A stretch of DNA of 64,000 bases from the human T2T-CHM13v2.0 reference genome, Homo sapiens, in assembly GCF_009914755.1 (NCBI RefSeq), contig NC_060931.1. The stretch is one strand, 5' to 3'. The first letter of the stretch is position 1, and every line of letters begins with the position of its first letter. Position numbers and translations under genes: made by a program. Below, piece after piece: positions 51,671 through 64,000 of the stretch. The notes beneath the pieces were generated by a model that saw only the letters and a program-made list of their open reading frames with translations, ran no database searches and was not told where the DNA came from.

Positions 51671-54169
51671 GCTGGCCTCCACAGCCCCCCTGTTGCCAGC
51701 TCCCGCTGTGATCTTGGGCAAGTGACTTTCTCCTTCTACTCCCAATTCCCTCTTGGCTCCTTGCCAGTTCCAATGCTCCCAGATTCTAATCTCCCACTGT
51801 CCAAAACTTGGGAATGGACACTGAAATACATTTCTTGTTACCTACGAATTACGGTTTGCTTTCATTCTCCTCTTCAATCCCAGTCTTCTCTATTTGCTGC
51901 ACAGAGTTCAGAAATGCATTGTTTCCAATGCAGAAGCTCACGCCAGTGCACTGGGGCTGCTAAAAACACCCCGAGGGCCCACCCCTCCCAGGGCGATGCC
52001 AGACCAGAGGATGGAGCCCTGGGTCTCTTCACTTTGCGCCACATTATCACAGAAAGGTGGATTAGAAGTTATCTCCGCTCTGCTTTCTCTCAGAGCTCCT
52101 TGGCAACACAGCCACCTCGATATAAATATACACCAGCAACGTGCGCAACCTCATACTCCACGGTGAGGCCTCCAGAGGCCCCAGGGCAGATACCGCCGGG
52201 GAGCAAGGACATCAGGAGATCCCCAGGACACAAAGGAGTGCCAGCCTCAACGCTTCAAGGTCAAATATGGCACCCATCAAATAAAACGCCTGTGATCCTG
52301 ATAATTCTCTGGCACCCTATTCCAAAAGCTGGAGGTCTTTAATCTCTCTGAATAGCCAAATATTTCACAGTTGATGCTTCTTTTGCATTCTTTATAATTA
52401 AACAAGGAGCCAAATTTTTAATACCTTTCCTGTCTTTCTCTCCCTGGTGTTGCTAATGTAACACATTCAGGTCAAATCTCTGTTGGTTTTGGTCACTGGC
52501 TGTTTCAAGGCCTAAAAGGAAAGAGTGAGATCTTTCAAAGAATGGAGATTAAAATCAAACACAACGAAGGAGCTACTTTTGAATGTAATAATGTGGAACA
52601 CTTTAAAGTCGAATTAATTAAAGGAAACATAAACCAATGCATTCCTGGCTCCATGTTAACTGCGGCTGTCTAAAAGACCTTGAGATGTTCAAGAGACCAG
52701 TGTAAATAAGTTATTTTGGTTAGCACAAGCTCAGGGGCCTGCCACTTTCCTCTCGCTGGTGCTGTCTTTGGTAGAGCCATAGATAGAACCAGCCACAAAC
52801 TTGATTCGGGCATAAGCAGGAGACACACACATCAGCATAAAGGGGGCTCCAAAAAAGGCCCTCTTGCTTGGAGACACAGGAACCAGACTCCCCAAATGTC
52901 TCTCACTTACACAGCAATCCTCCTCAGACTTAGGAGGCTCTGTCAAACATTTTCAAAATTACAGGGAACCTGGAAAGAAAATACAATAAAGAGATCAGAG
53001 ACCTAAAGTGCCAGACCAAAGAGAAGAACCAGAAAAAGCAAGACGTGTTCATTGTAAATATTTTGAAACTGTATTCTTATCTCAGTTCAGTGCTGTGTAC
53101 TGCCTTTTCTCTGGTAATTGTAAATATTTAATGTGTTATAGCTCCATCTCCTTACTGATACGGGAAACATGAATAAATCCACATGGACAGGATGTGTGTT
53201 TTCCACTTGCAGACTGTCTGAGAGAGTGAGCATCAGGAGGGGCTGCTGTGGACAGTTGCACAGGCTGTGGCCTGTACCAGAGTGCCTGGTGGAGGGGCCT
53301 GGAAAAGACACCCCAGCCACCTGGCTCAGAGAGGGACAGAAGAAGGAGTCACTGTTCATTCTGAGCAAAAAGCCCTTTTGTATATTTAGTTAGGCTAGGG
53401 GCTATGTGTGTGTGCTTTTTAGAGATTTACATTTTACTAGTGTGAGGGGAACTGAGCAGAGCTCATGGAAAAACTGTTCCTGTTTATTGAAATAAAAATT
53501 CCAGAATTTTTTTTCAGTCTCAGTATGATTTTCTCTAAAACTAAAGTACAAAAATGTTTATGCAGTTTCCCCTTTTCAATTCCCTCAGCAGCCGAGGTCC
53601 TCTCTTGGGTCCTGATTTTCCTTGCAAACTGACCAAAGGAAGCTTCCAGAAGCAACTGTCCACTACAAGAGGAAGGTGTGGCCATGAGGGAAGACGGAGG
53701 CTCCAGAGGTCCTGGCTCTGCAGAGACCGCGGTGCTGCCTCCCAGCCTGCCTGAAACCTGACTTGGTTTGCACCAGCGGGTGCCCAGGCCTCCACAGAGT
53801 CTTCGGTTCTCCAGGTTTCCCATGCCGCCATTCTTGATCAGTTTTCATCTCACCTCTGTGGTTTCTACCTCCTGTAGATGCTTCAACTCCGCCACTGAAG
53901 CCAATGCTGCCTGCTTCCTCCGGTGACAGCAGCAAAGCAGGCAGCAGTGGCCTTGGAGGCTCTGGCTGGACCCACTGTCATGCATTGTCTTCCACGGTTA
54001 CTCAGGCACCTTTCCTTTACCTGGAAAATATCTCTGAGCTCAAACATTCAACTCACATCTTGGAGCCATAACAAATAAAGGAAGACGGCTTTGGTAACTC
54101 AGTAAAGCTTGGGGCTGCAGTCTTGATGAGGAGGGCAAGTTCCGAGTCCAGATGGCTTGAATTCCAATG

Positions 54170-54385
54170 CATCTCTGCAGCTTACACACAGCGGGCCCTT
54201 GAGCATGGGATCTGCTGGACTCAGTTTCCTCATTTTTAAAGAGAGGGTAGTAACAATAGTTCAAGCCTCATAGGGTTGTCCTGAGAATTAAGGATTAACA
54301 CTTGTGAAGTTGCTTAGAGTAGTACTTAAAAGATTAAGTGGTCAATTAGCTTAGCTATTATTCGGTTAACTATTATTATGATTAT
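54170..54385 (+). mobile_element. MIR SINE
   Basis: ctcagtttcctcatttttaaa...cctcatagggttgtcctgagaattaa. Confidence 0.8.
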
Positions 54386-55099
54386 TATTTCCAAATGGCT
54401 TGAGAGTCAATGGGTGGTAGAGCCCCAGAAACGTTTATTGCTTTCCAAATGGCCTTCCAAATCTGATGCTCAGTTGCCATGTTAGGGAACTCCTAAGGCA
54501 CAGTAGGCACGGTAGGCACACACAACACACACATGAAAGTACCAAGCACACAGAGGTATACACACACGTGTACACACGAACTGATCCATGCCGCCATATG
54601 CATACACATGTACATACATGCATAACTTCAGGAACAATCTGGGGCAGAATCTCCAATCAAGGTTCCATGGGAGATGACAGACTTTACTTGGCTTAGCTAT
54701 CATCCAACTGATGCCTGGCCTAGATACCAAGTTGCCACGATACAAACTGTGAGATGTGCCAGTGCCAGGTCTCTACTGGGTCTGCAGAAGGCCAGCTCAC
54801 AGAGGGGCCCTATGGCTGAATGGTATTTTCTTCAGAGTCCTAGCTTAGGATGCTGCAAAGACCTCTGAGAATGCCAGTCTTTCCCCTCTCTCCCTCCCCC
54901 AGAAGAAGTTTCAGGGGATTCTACAGGCTAACATTAAAGTTCACAGGCTGGAGGGTCCCAGCTACTGCTATTATATCAACACATGGGGGCAGGTAGTGAT
55001 GGCTGCTCCTCCAGAGAGATTACATAGCAATGCCAAAGTTCCCTGGCCTGGTACAGAATGACGGCCCAATAAAGAGTTGCTGAACAAATGACCAAAAAA

Positions 55100-55240
55100 T
55101 AACAATAAATCCCAGCTCAGCGACTTATTGGCTAATACCCCTGGGTAAGTCCATACCATTTCTTTACCTTAACTCCCTCCTGCATAAAATGGAGATAATC
55201 ATAACTACCCACAGGTGTGCCTGGGGACTAGTTGTTAAAC
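55100..55240 (+). mobile_element. MIR relic
   Basis: aatcccagctc...taaaatggagataatcataactacc. Confidence 0.6.
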
Positions 55241-56334
55241 CAAACCAGAGACTCGATGCACAATAGTGGCTTTCCTCTCAGAAGTGGCGGGGACCCCAGG
55301 GAAGTGCAAACAAGGGACTTTCTCTTTAGGATGAGCATCTGTGGACTTTGCACTTTGCCATGGAGCCAGGAAGAATGATGCCTGAGCAAAAGTCTGTGAT
55401 GAGGACACTCCCAGTCAGGAAAAGCCATTCCATCCTTGGCCCACTGTGGGGGTGGGGGGGGCACAGTGCTATCTCCCTCTGCAGAAGGCTCAGATGGAGT
55501 GTGTGCTGCATTTCACAGCTCAGTCCCCAGCTGGTAAGGCAGGGGCGATCTGCCCAGAGCTCACCCTGAGCGGTGGGAATCTCCTTGGGCTTTTGCCATC
55601 TTTATCAGTTTTATGGCCTCTTTTTGTTTTGCTTATTGAATTTGTCTTTCAGGAGAAAGGACTAGGTTTGGGAGCAGAGAAAGCAAGAAGCAAATGTGTT
55701 TGGACCCAGGTTCCAACAGCAACTGAGCATACCATAGACCCTCACAGCAGAGAGAGCAGCTCTGCTTATGGAATAAAAGACAGCAAAGCCAAACACAGTC
55801 CCTTTGGACCTTAATCAAACAGGCTCATCTGATTAAAATTCTAGGACAGTCTCCCAAAGTCTGATTTTCTAGATGCTCCAAGGTGTTTCCAAATATTTCA
55901 ATAGCACAAAACGTTGGGATATACTGAGACAGAGTTCAATATATACAAAATTCACTTTGATTCATAATAATAAACACACTCACACATGCTAAGCTATAGG
56001 GTTTATTTGGATGCAGGGTCTGTCAGAAAATGATGAGAGTGTGCTGCAACCCCAGAGAGGTGGAAATCATCGCACCAGACAACTATTTTATGTCCCTCTT
56101 TGGACTTGAAGGTCATAAATATTCTTCCCACAATTTCCAGCTGTATTTCACAAATGGGATGTAGAGAATTACTCTATGTTCTTTAACCTGTCTTTTTCTG
56201 TGGTTTTGAAGATCACTTAATAGTTTTCTTGCATCTTATAACATCTTTATTATGTGAGATGGGGGATTCTTTCTCTCTTTATAGCTTTTTCTCTACTCTC
56301 AGCCTCAGCCCCTTCCCATACCTAAAGATGTGTG

Positions 56335-56510
56335 TCATTAATTCATTTATTTATTCAATGAATGTTCAGTAAGAGTGTATTAGAAGTCATGCTAGGAACT
56401 GGGGATGTATACTGAACAAGACAGACATGGTTTTAGCTCTTAAGAAGCTCACAGTCTAGTGAGGAGACAGAAAATATGTCAACTTACATGACTGAGGATG
56501 TAATTAAGAG
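56335..56510 (-). mobile_element. L2 3' end
   Basis: ttcatttatttattcaatgaatg...gaacaagacagacatgg...gaagctcacagtctagt. Confidence 0.75.
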
Positions 56511-56517
56511 GTGATGC

Positions 56518-56800
56518 TGTGGTGTGCCACCTGGATCCCCATTTAGCACAGGAGAAATCATTCTGCAGCTGCTGGGAGTTCCGCCAGAACACAGCCTCCA
56601 CTGGACCCTCTTGGGGACTGCCTCACCTGAAGACAGCTGCCTCATCCAGGGTCATGGCCCCTTCTCAGGGTAGTACACATTCCATGTCATTTCACCCTGT
56701 GCCCCACTCTGGATGACTCCGAAGGGCCATCCTAGCTTCTGAGTTCCCACATTCGCAAACCCTTGGCTGCACCTTCCTCTTTCCATTTGACTGTTGACCT
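56518..56800 (+). mobile_element. LTR16C-like ERVL LTR fragment
   Basis: TGTGGTGTGCCACC start; cagctgctgggag; actccgaagggccatcctagct. Confidence 0.65.
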
Positions 56801-57099
56801 GGGAAGCAGCCAGAGTTGTGTTCTCAACCAATGTCCCTTCCTCCACCAACTCTTAGAAAGAAGATAGCAGAAAGCAAAAAAAGAGGACTGGTGATGGCTT
56901 ATGACATTCTGGAAGGTGACAATCTCCAGAAACAGGGAGAGCTGGGATGATGGTGGCAAGAATCTTGAAGACAATGCATTGATGAAGTTGTGGCTTTTTC
57001 ATATTCCACTGTTTCAGAGTATTATAGAACCAAATAGGAAAGAATGCCTCCTCAACCAGGCAATAATACATTGGTGAAAACGTGGGAATTACTGGAAAC

Positions 57100-57630
57100 T
57101 GGATTTAAAGCTCTGAATATTAATGTAACTTTCAGCCATAGAACTGAGAATAGGAATCAACTATCACTGGTAAATAAAGCCTATAGCCAGGGGCAATCCA
57201 CATAAGCTATGTGTTGATAACACTAGGCTTAAACTGCATTCACCTTTTTGAAAATGAGTAATGCTTCTGAACAATTTAATGGTACTAGGTATTGGAATTT
57301 AAAAGGGAACATATACCAAGAATAATAAAAGAAAAAAATATATATTCTTTATTTAAAAATAAAAAATAAAGGAAAATCAAGGAAGTATGAAAATTAGAAA
57401 CCACAAAAGAATAAAACAGATTTCAGATTAAAATATATGAATTATAACAACAAATATAAATAGATTACACTTATCTGATAAGAGTTTCATATAGCATGGA
57501 GAAATCAATTTCAACCTCAGACACAGACACATAAATACATTAAAATAAAACTTTAATCAAAAGTATAGCATACAATTACCAACAAACAGAAAATGGCAAT
57601 CCAGGTTTTAATGTGAGGTGTCAAAAATTA
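57100..57630 (+). mobile_element. Ancient L1M fragment (inter-ORF/ORF2 start)
   Basis: A-rich; aattataacaacaaatataaatagatta resembles the start of ORF2. Confidence 0.45.
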
Positions 57631-57844
57631 TCAGTGGATGAGGTACGCAGTCTTTCCCTTCCTCTTTCATCCACTTAGTTTCCTTTCCCTCCACCTTCTG
57701 AAGATGGAGATCAGCTTCAAGGACAGAGCTAAGGACAAAAAAGCACTATATTCTACATAGTGGGAATGTGGGGTCAAAGGGTTGGAACTTGGTAAGACAT
57801 GACATGTCACCACATTATATGAGGCAAGAAGAATAAAGGCTAAA

Positions 57845-59139
<1,295 letters not shown>

Positions 59140-59559
59140 TTAGGATGGCTCAGAGCCTCCCAGTTCACCCCATAGTGTAAGCTGCAGTAACCCTCTGGGG
59201 CATCACCAGAATCTTTGTTCTAGAACTTGGAATCTCCCTAGAATCTAATGATTTTGCAGTTGTTAATCATTTGACACTTTGTGATTTCACAATATCTTCT
59301 TACATCTCTATTAAATATATGCTTCCTCAAAGTACTCTAGGATATGTTAATTTTTTAATTAAAATTTTTAATTAAAAAAGATAAAAGAAACAGGACAGTG
59401 TTGCTGAGAGAGTTCTTTTGAAATAGGAGAATGACTATTTGAGAATTCTAAAAAATAGATTCCAATGTCTCCTTTAAATATTTGAGAGAGAAACAAGTAA
59501 AAATTAGAACTGTAAACTTTCTTTTGTAAATGAAACACCAACTAGGAACTAGAATTTCT

Positions 59560-61010
59560 CAAAGAACCTCATGATTTTCCAAAAATTAAAAAATAAAATC
59601 TATAGGCCATGCAGTTGGCCACAATGTAGTAAACCAGAAATTAAAAACAACTATTTAAATTAAATCTCAAACTACTTATTACCCAAAAATTTAAATTAAA
59701 TCTCAAACTACTTATTACCCAAAAAAAGGGTAAAACTTTTTTTTCTAAAATTCTTCAAAGAGCAAAAAAAATGGTGATACAAATTATTCAAAGTGTAATG
59801 TCTGTAAAAATATGCCATATGAAATGTTTGGAATTTGGTCAAAGCTACATGAAAGGAATATTCTTAGCTGAAGTTTTAAAATTATTAACCAAACGATTAA
59901 AATAAAACAATAGTGAATTCAAATAATTAAGCTATACAAATTTAAAAATAGAATAAAAGAAAGGAAAATTTAATAAAGATCAAGGCAGAAATTAATAATT
60001 TTAGAATAATAAAGTTGAGAAATAATTCTGAGCTGATTATTTGAAAAGACCAACAAATATTTAAAAACCTAATTTTTAAAAAATTAAATAAATAACATTA
60101 AAAATGGGAAACATAATATAATTATAGATTTTTCAAATTTTAAGTATACACTTGATCATAATACCTCACAACTGGTTAATGATTTGGAAAGATCAATGCT
60201 ACATCCTTAGTGATAACAAATTCTAAATTAATTTCAGATAAAGTATAAGAATAAAGCATATGTAAACATTTATATTACCTTACAGTAGAAAATAGTCTAT
60301 AAATCTGGTATCAAAAGCAGCAACCATAAAGAAAATAATTGATCGACTGCCTCACATTAAAACTTCTATACAGGGGGAAAAACCCTAAAAGGTAAATGAC
60401 AAATTAAGAAAATATTTCTAATATATGTGATAAAATATTAAAGACTAATATATAAAATATATGACTAAAACAATAAATAGTAAAATTGATAAAATTGTCA
60501 TCTCAAAAGTCAAATGCAAAAATTTAAAATATTTGAGGCTTTTTAGTTGTAGCAGATATATTCATTCAACATATACCTATTTAAATATATATCATATATA
60601 TGACATATTTTTTCAGCTATTGAATTGGAAAACATTAAAGAATAACATCACTCTTTAATATAAACTCTCTGGAGTGTAGTGGGGTTATGTATCAAAAAGT
60701 CATAAGACGTATACATAATTCTACTAGAATTACACTTCTAGGAATTATCCTAAGGAGATAATCTGAGAAACATGTAAATATTTAGTTACAAAGATGCTTG
60801 CCATGTTTTTGTAAAAATGATATCCCCAAATTGGGAACAGAACACTGATTTTTGGCAACAGGAGATTGGTAAACTTAATTATGAATCCTCTATTTGATGG
60901 ACTGCTATATAATCAATAAAACTTATGTGGTACATCTATATTTGTTAACCTTGAAAGATGCCAACAATATGTTCAGTGAAAACAGCACACTACACTCTAA
61001 ACAGCAATAA
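59560..61010 (+). mobile_element. Highly decayed L1ME fragments
   Basis: A-rich; gctgattatttgaaaagaccaacaaa, acacttctaggaattatcctaaggagataat. Confidence 0.65.
59653..59724. repeat. Perfect 2 x 36-bp tandem duplication
   Basis: ATTTAAATTAAATCTCAAACTACTTATTACCCAAAA twice. Confidence 0.95.
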
Positions 61011-61289
61011 CTCATTTTTGAAAAATATGTGTATGTCTACACATGTGTAGACATGTACATATGTATTTTCTTTCAGACATTTCCATTACTGATTGGTGAG
61101 ATTGGAAGCACTTTGTTTGTCTTTTAAGTTTTCCACCCTGAAATATGATGTGTTATTTTTTATAGGAGAGAAGACAGAAAACATTAAATAAAACCTATTA
61201 CAACAATTTTTAAAGTATAGGCATTGGCTACAGTAGAGCTACATACTTCTACCATTGTATTCTATCACACATGTTTTACATATATCAAT

Positions 61290-61410
61290 TTACATGTTCC
61301 TTTTGTCTCTGTAGCTATAATTCCCTTGAGGACAAGCACTGTTACTATCTTTGTATGCCTAGCACCTCACCTAGTGTTTTATACATTGTGAACATCATTA
61401 AATGTTGGTA
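61290..61410 (+). mobile_element. L2 3' terminus
   Basis: ccttgaggacaagcactg...atctttgtatgcctagcacc...attaaatgttgg. Confidence 0.7.
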
Positions 61411-61414
61411 TGTT

Positions 61415-61660
61415 AACAGGAAAAAAAAATGAAGGCAGGGAGGGAGGAAAGGGGAGAGAAGAAATGAAGGGGAGAAAGAGTGGAAGGGAGGAAGAGGAAA
61501 AGAGGGAGGAAGAAAAGGAGGAAGAGAGGAAGAGAGAGAGATGGAGGGATGGAGAAAGAGAAGGAGGGAAGAGAGAAGAAAGAGGAAAAGAGGAAGGAAG
61601 AGAGGGAGAGAAAAGAAGAGTAAATAAAGGGAAAAGGAAGAAAGGCAAGGGGGGAAGAAA
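61415..61660. repeat. GA-rich polypurine low-complexity tract
   Basis: About 240 bp almost entirely A/G. Confidence 0.95.
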
Positions 61661-62819
61661 ATTTGGTTATAGGCATCATTTCTGCACAAATACATTTTTA
61701 TTTCCTGGAATTGAAACCAAAATCCCAACCACAGCTGCCTCCTATGCCCAGTCCACATGTCTGCCATGTTGCTCTGTTTCGGATACCTGGTAATGCTGTC
61801 GGATACAACAGTGTTTTAGGGCTCCAGCCAGTAAGATCCTGTCTAAGAAAACATTTTCCCACAAGGTATCCTGCCCTTCGCAGATATTTGCTAACACATC
61901 AACAGCTGGAGCACTGCATAACACAGTTTCTCAATCATTAGCAGACATTACCTAATTGATAAGGGCGTCCTTCTAAGCAGCCTGTTCCCAGTTCTGTGTG
62001 ACACACAATCAAACTCTATTCCCTTTCCCTGTGACATCAACATTCTTGGCTGAGCCATTGGAGGGGAACTCCTTTTCCACCCAAGATAAACTGGAATCTG
62101 GGGCTAGAAGCATTCCCCTAGGGTCCCCACAGCCACATTCTCCCACAAACTCCCACCTCCTCAGTCCCCAGAGTGCTTGATTCCAGCCATGTGGCTGCTC
62201 CTCAGGCCTTGCTGAGGTTGACGGCGGTGCAGCTGTAGCTCTTCACCAGCTCCCTGTGACAGCGGGAAACAGATTGGAAGCACCAGGCATCTGGTGTCAA
62301 TGGACGTGCACACATGAACCGCTGAGGCTGGGATCATCTCTCCCTCTCTCTTCTCTTGTGACTCCCCCTACAAAACTGTACATCAACATTGAAATTGTCC
62401 ATCTGGTCTTTCCTGGCAATAGGCTCCTTGTGATAACATATTTCATTAACAGTGCTTGGAGATGGCCTGTGAACCCAGGAAGCAAAGGACCCTGGCCACT
62501 GATGGCCAGCTCAGGCCAAGGTGCGGACAGATGCTCAGGAAGAGCCCAGATGGCAGGAAAGAGCCTGAAATGAGGCTCTAGGCAAGCCCATCTCCTGCCT
62601 CGTCCAGTGCCCACTGACCCACCCAATAGGTGTTGAGTTTCCTTGGCATGCCCTGCAAATATGATTGCAAAGGAAATTTTTGCTACCAAATTGGTCCCTA
62701 CCCCTGAGATTAGAGGAAAGACACATAATCAGTAGGCGAGAGTACACAGAAGTTTGTTGTCTGTGAGCCTTTTTCTTAATAAATGAAAGGTTGATTTATC
62801 TTATCTTTGTCTTACAGCA

Positions 62820-62995
62820 TAATGGGGAATTTGGACAAATAGACCCAGCTTCAAACACTGGCTCTGCCCCTGCTGGCTTTATAACTTTGGGCAAATTTGT
62901 CTCTCTCAGCTTCTATTTTCTCATGTGGCCTTTGTGAGGATATAATAAGAAAACCTACATAAATCCCCAGTCTGGAGTAGGTTCTTGGTAAGTGC
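62820..62995 (+). mobile_element. MIR relic
   Basis: ttcaaacactggctctgcc...actttgggcaaatt...tgtgaggatt. Confidence 0.65.
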
Positions 62996-63139
62996 AAGCT
63001 TTTTAAAAAAATCAATGTGCATGAAGATGTATAGATATATACGTCTAGATGGCCAGTTTTCCCCCTTCGTTGGCATTACCTTCCCATTCCGTGTGGTTAT
63101 TAGCAGAGCTGTCTGAAATCCAAAGCAATGCAAACGGCG

Positions 63140-63260
63140 CCCAGTGTCATCTCATCCAGCAATAGGCCTCTCACAGGTGAGGAGCTTGAGGCCTATAGAG
63201 GGACAGTGAGGGTACAACTGGATGCTCAGGGTCTTGGCCCCAAGCCTCATCATTTGCTAT
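63140..63260 (-). mobile_element. MIR relic
   Basis: cacaggtgaggagcttgaggcctatagaggg. Confidence 0.45.
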
Positions 63261-64000
63261 GTATGTCTGGCTGCACCCCATGTTGGTGGAGTTGGGTAAC
63301 TGGGCATGGACCTGCTCTCAGCTCTCCTCCATGAGGGGGACGCCACAGTGTCAAATCGGCCCCCATCCTGCCTAGGCTGTAGAGCATTCACACTTGGCCT
63401 CTTGAGGGTTCAAAAAAATTTCTCCATATTTCCCTAGTTTCCTGTTCTCATCAAAGTTTGGCCTCCACTAGAGTGTTGAGCCTAAGATTTTTGCTAAAAT
63501 AGCCCTCTGTGGAAAGACGCCATGGGTCTGAAAGAAGCCCCCATGCCCTTTGACTTGTAGCTGAGTGGCTGCACACTGGCAGGCTTTGGGTCCTGGCTGG
63601 TGAATGGGTTCAACAGCCATATTCCATACCTTCACCACTACGGGGCCTGGTCACTGGGTGGGGTCAGGGGCCACCTCCATCACCGTTAGTGGCCAAGGGA
63701 GACCATGCTGGTTTCTGACCCCCCACCATCCCCCACCCCCTGTAAAGTGCAGAGGGTACCTGGGCTGGTCTGCCTTGTTTCAGTTTTTCCGTCTGACCCT
63801 GCAGGGTCTCCTAATCCTGGGAGGCCTTTGGCATTCACCCTCCTCCCTCAGGAGTACTGTCTCTTTCCTTCTAGGTGGGAAGGAATGATTGTAAGGACCT
63901 CTTCCAGTTCCAACCTCATGGGATTCTTGTGGTGCTGATCTCCAGGTCCCTCCTTGTTTTGCAAGACGCTGCCCTAGGCCTCTCTCCAGCCCCAGTTACA

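Noticed and set aside
51722-52342. Longest ORF (206 aa)
   Set aside because: GTG start, begins in MIR-like sequence next to a THE1 LTR, no recognisable domain; length is plausible by chance in 64 kb.
61345-61793. Overlapping E/G/R/K-rich and F/L/S/P-rich ORFs
   Set aside because: Artefacts of the stop-poor polypurine tract.

Overview
Primate (human-like) non-coding genomic DNA. It carries Alu J/S/Y, L1PA/L1PB and older L1M fragments, many MIR and L2 relics, MaLR/ERVL LTRs (MLT1, THE1, MLT2A, LTR16, LTR33), a decayed ERVL-type internal segment, and DNA transposons (a near full-length Tigger1, MER1A, MER5, MER103C). I find no credible protein-coding gene, RNA gene, CRISPR array or prokaryote-type system, and I could not name the locus. 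The ORF track is explained by repeats, low complexity or chance, apart from decayed Tigger1 transposase and ERVL gag remnants. The best second-look items are fossil retrotransposition events that moved non-repeat sequence: an L1PB 3' transduction with two poly(A) tails (36797-37112), a ~310 bp TSD-flanked orphan insert (2187-2499), and a possible multi-kb 3'UTR retrocopy from 3112. Also notable are a GATA/GC-box/G4 regulatory cluster (~8960-9350) and several homeodomain/TALE-motif-rich unique blocks resembling developmental enhancers. Repeat subfamily names come from my recall of consensus sequences, not an alignment. Boundaries of old repeats are approximate unless a TSD is quoted.
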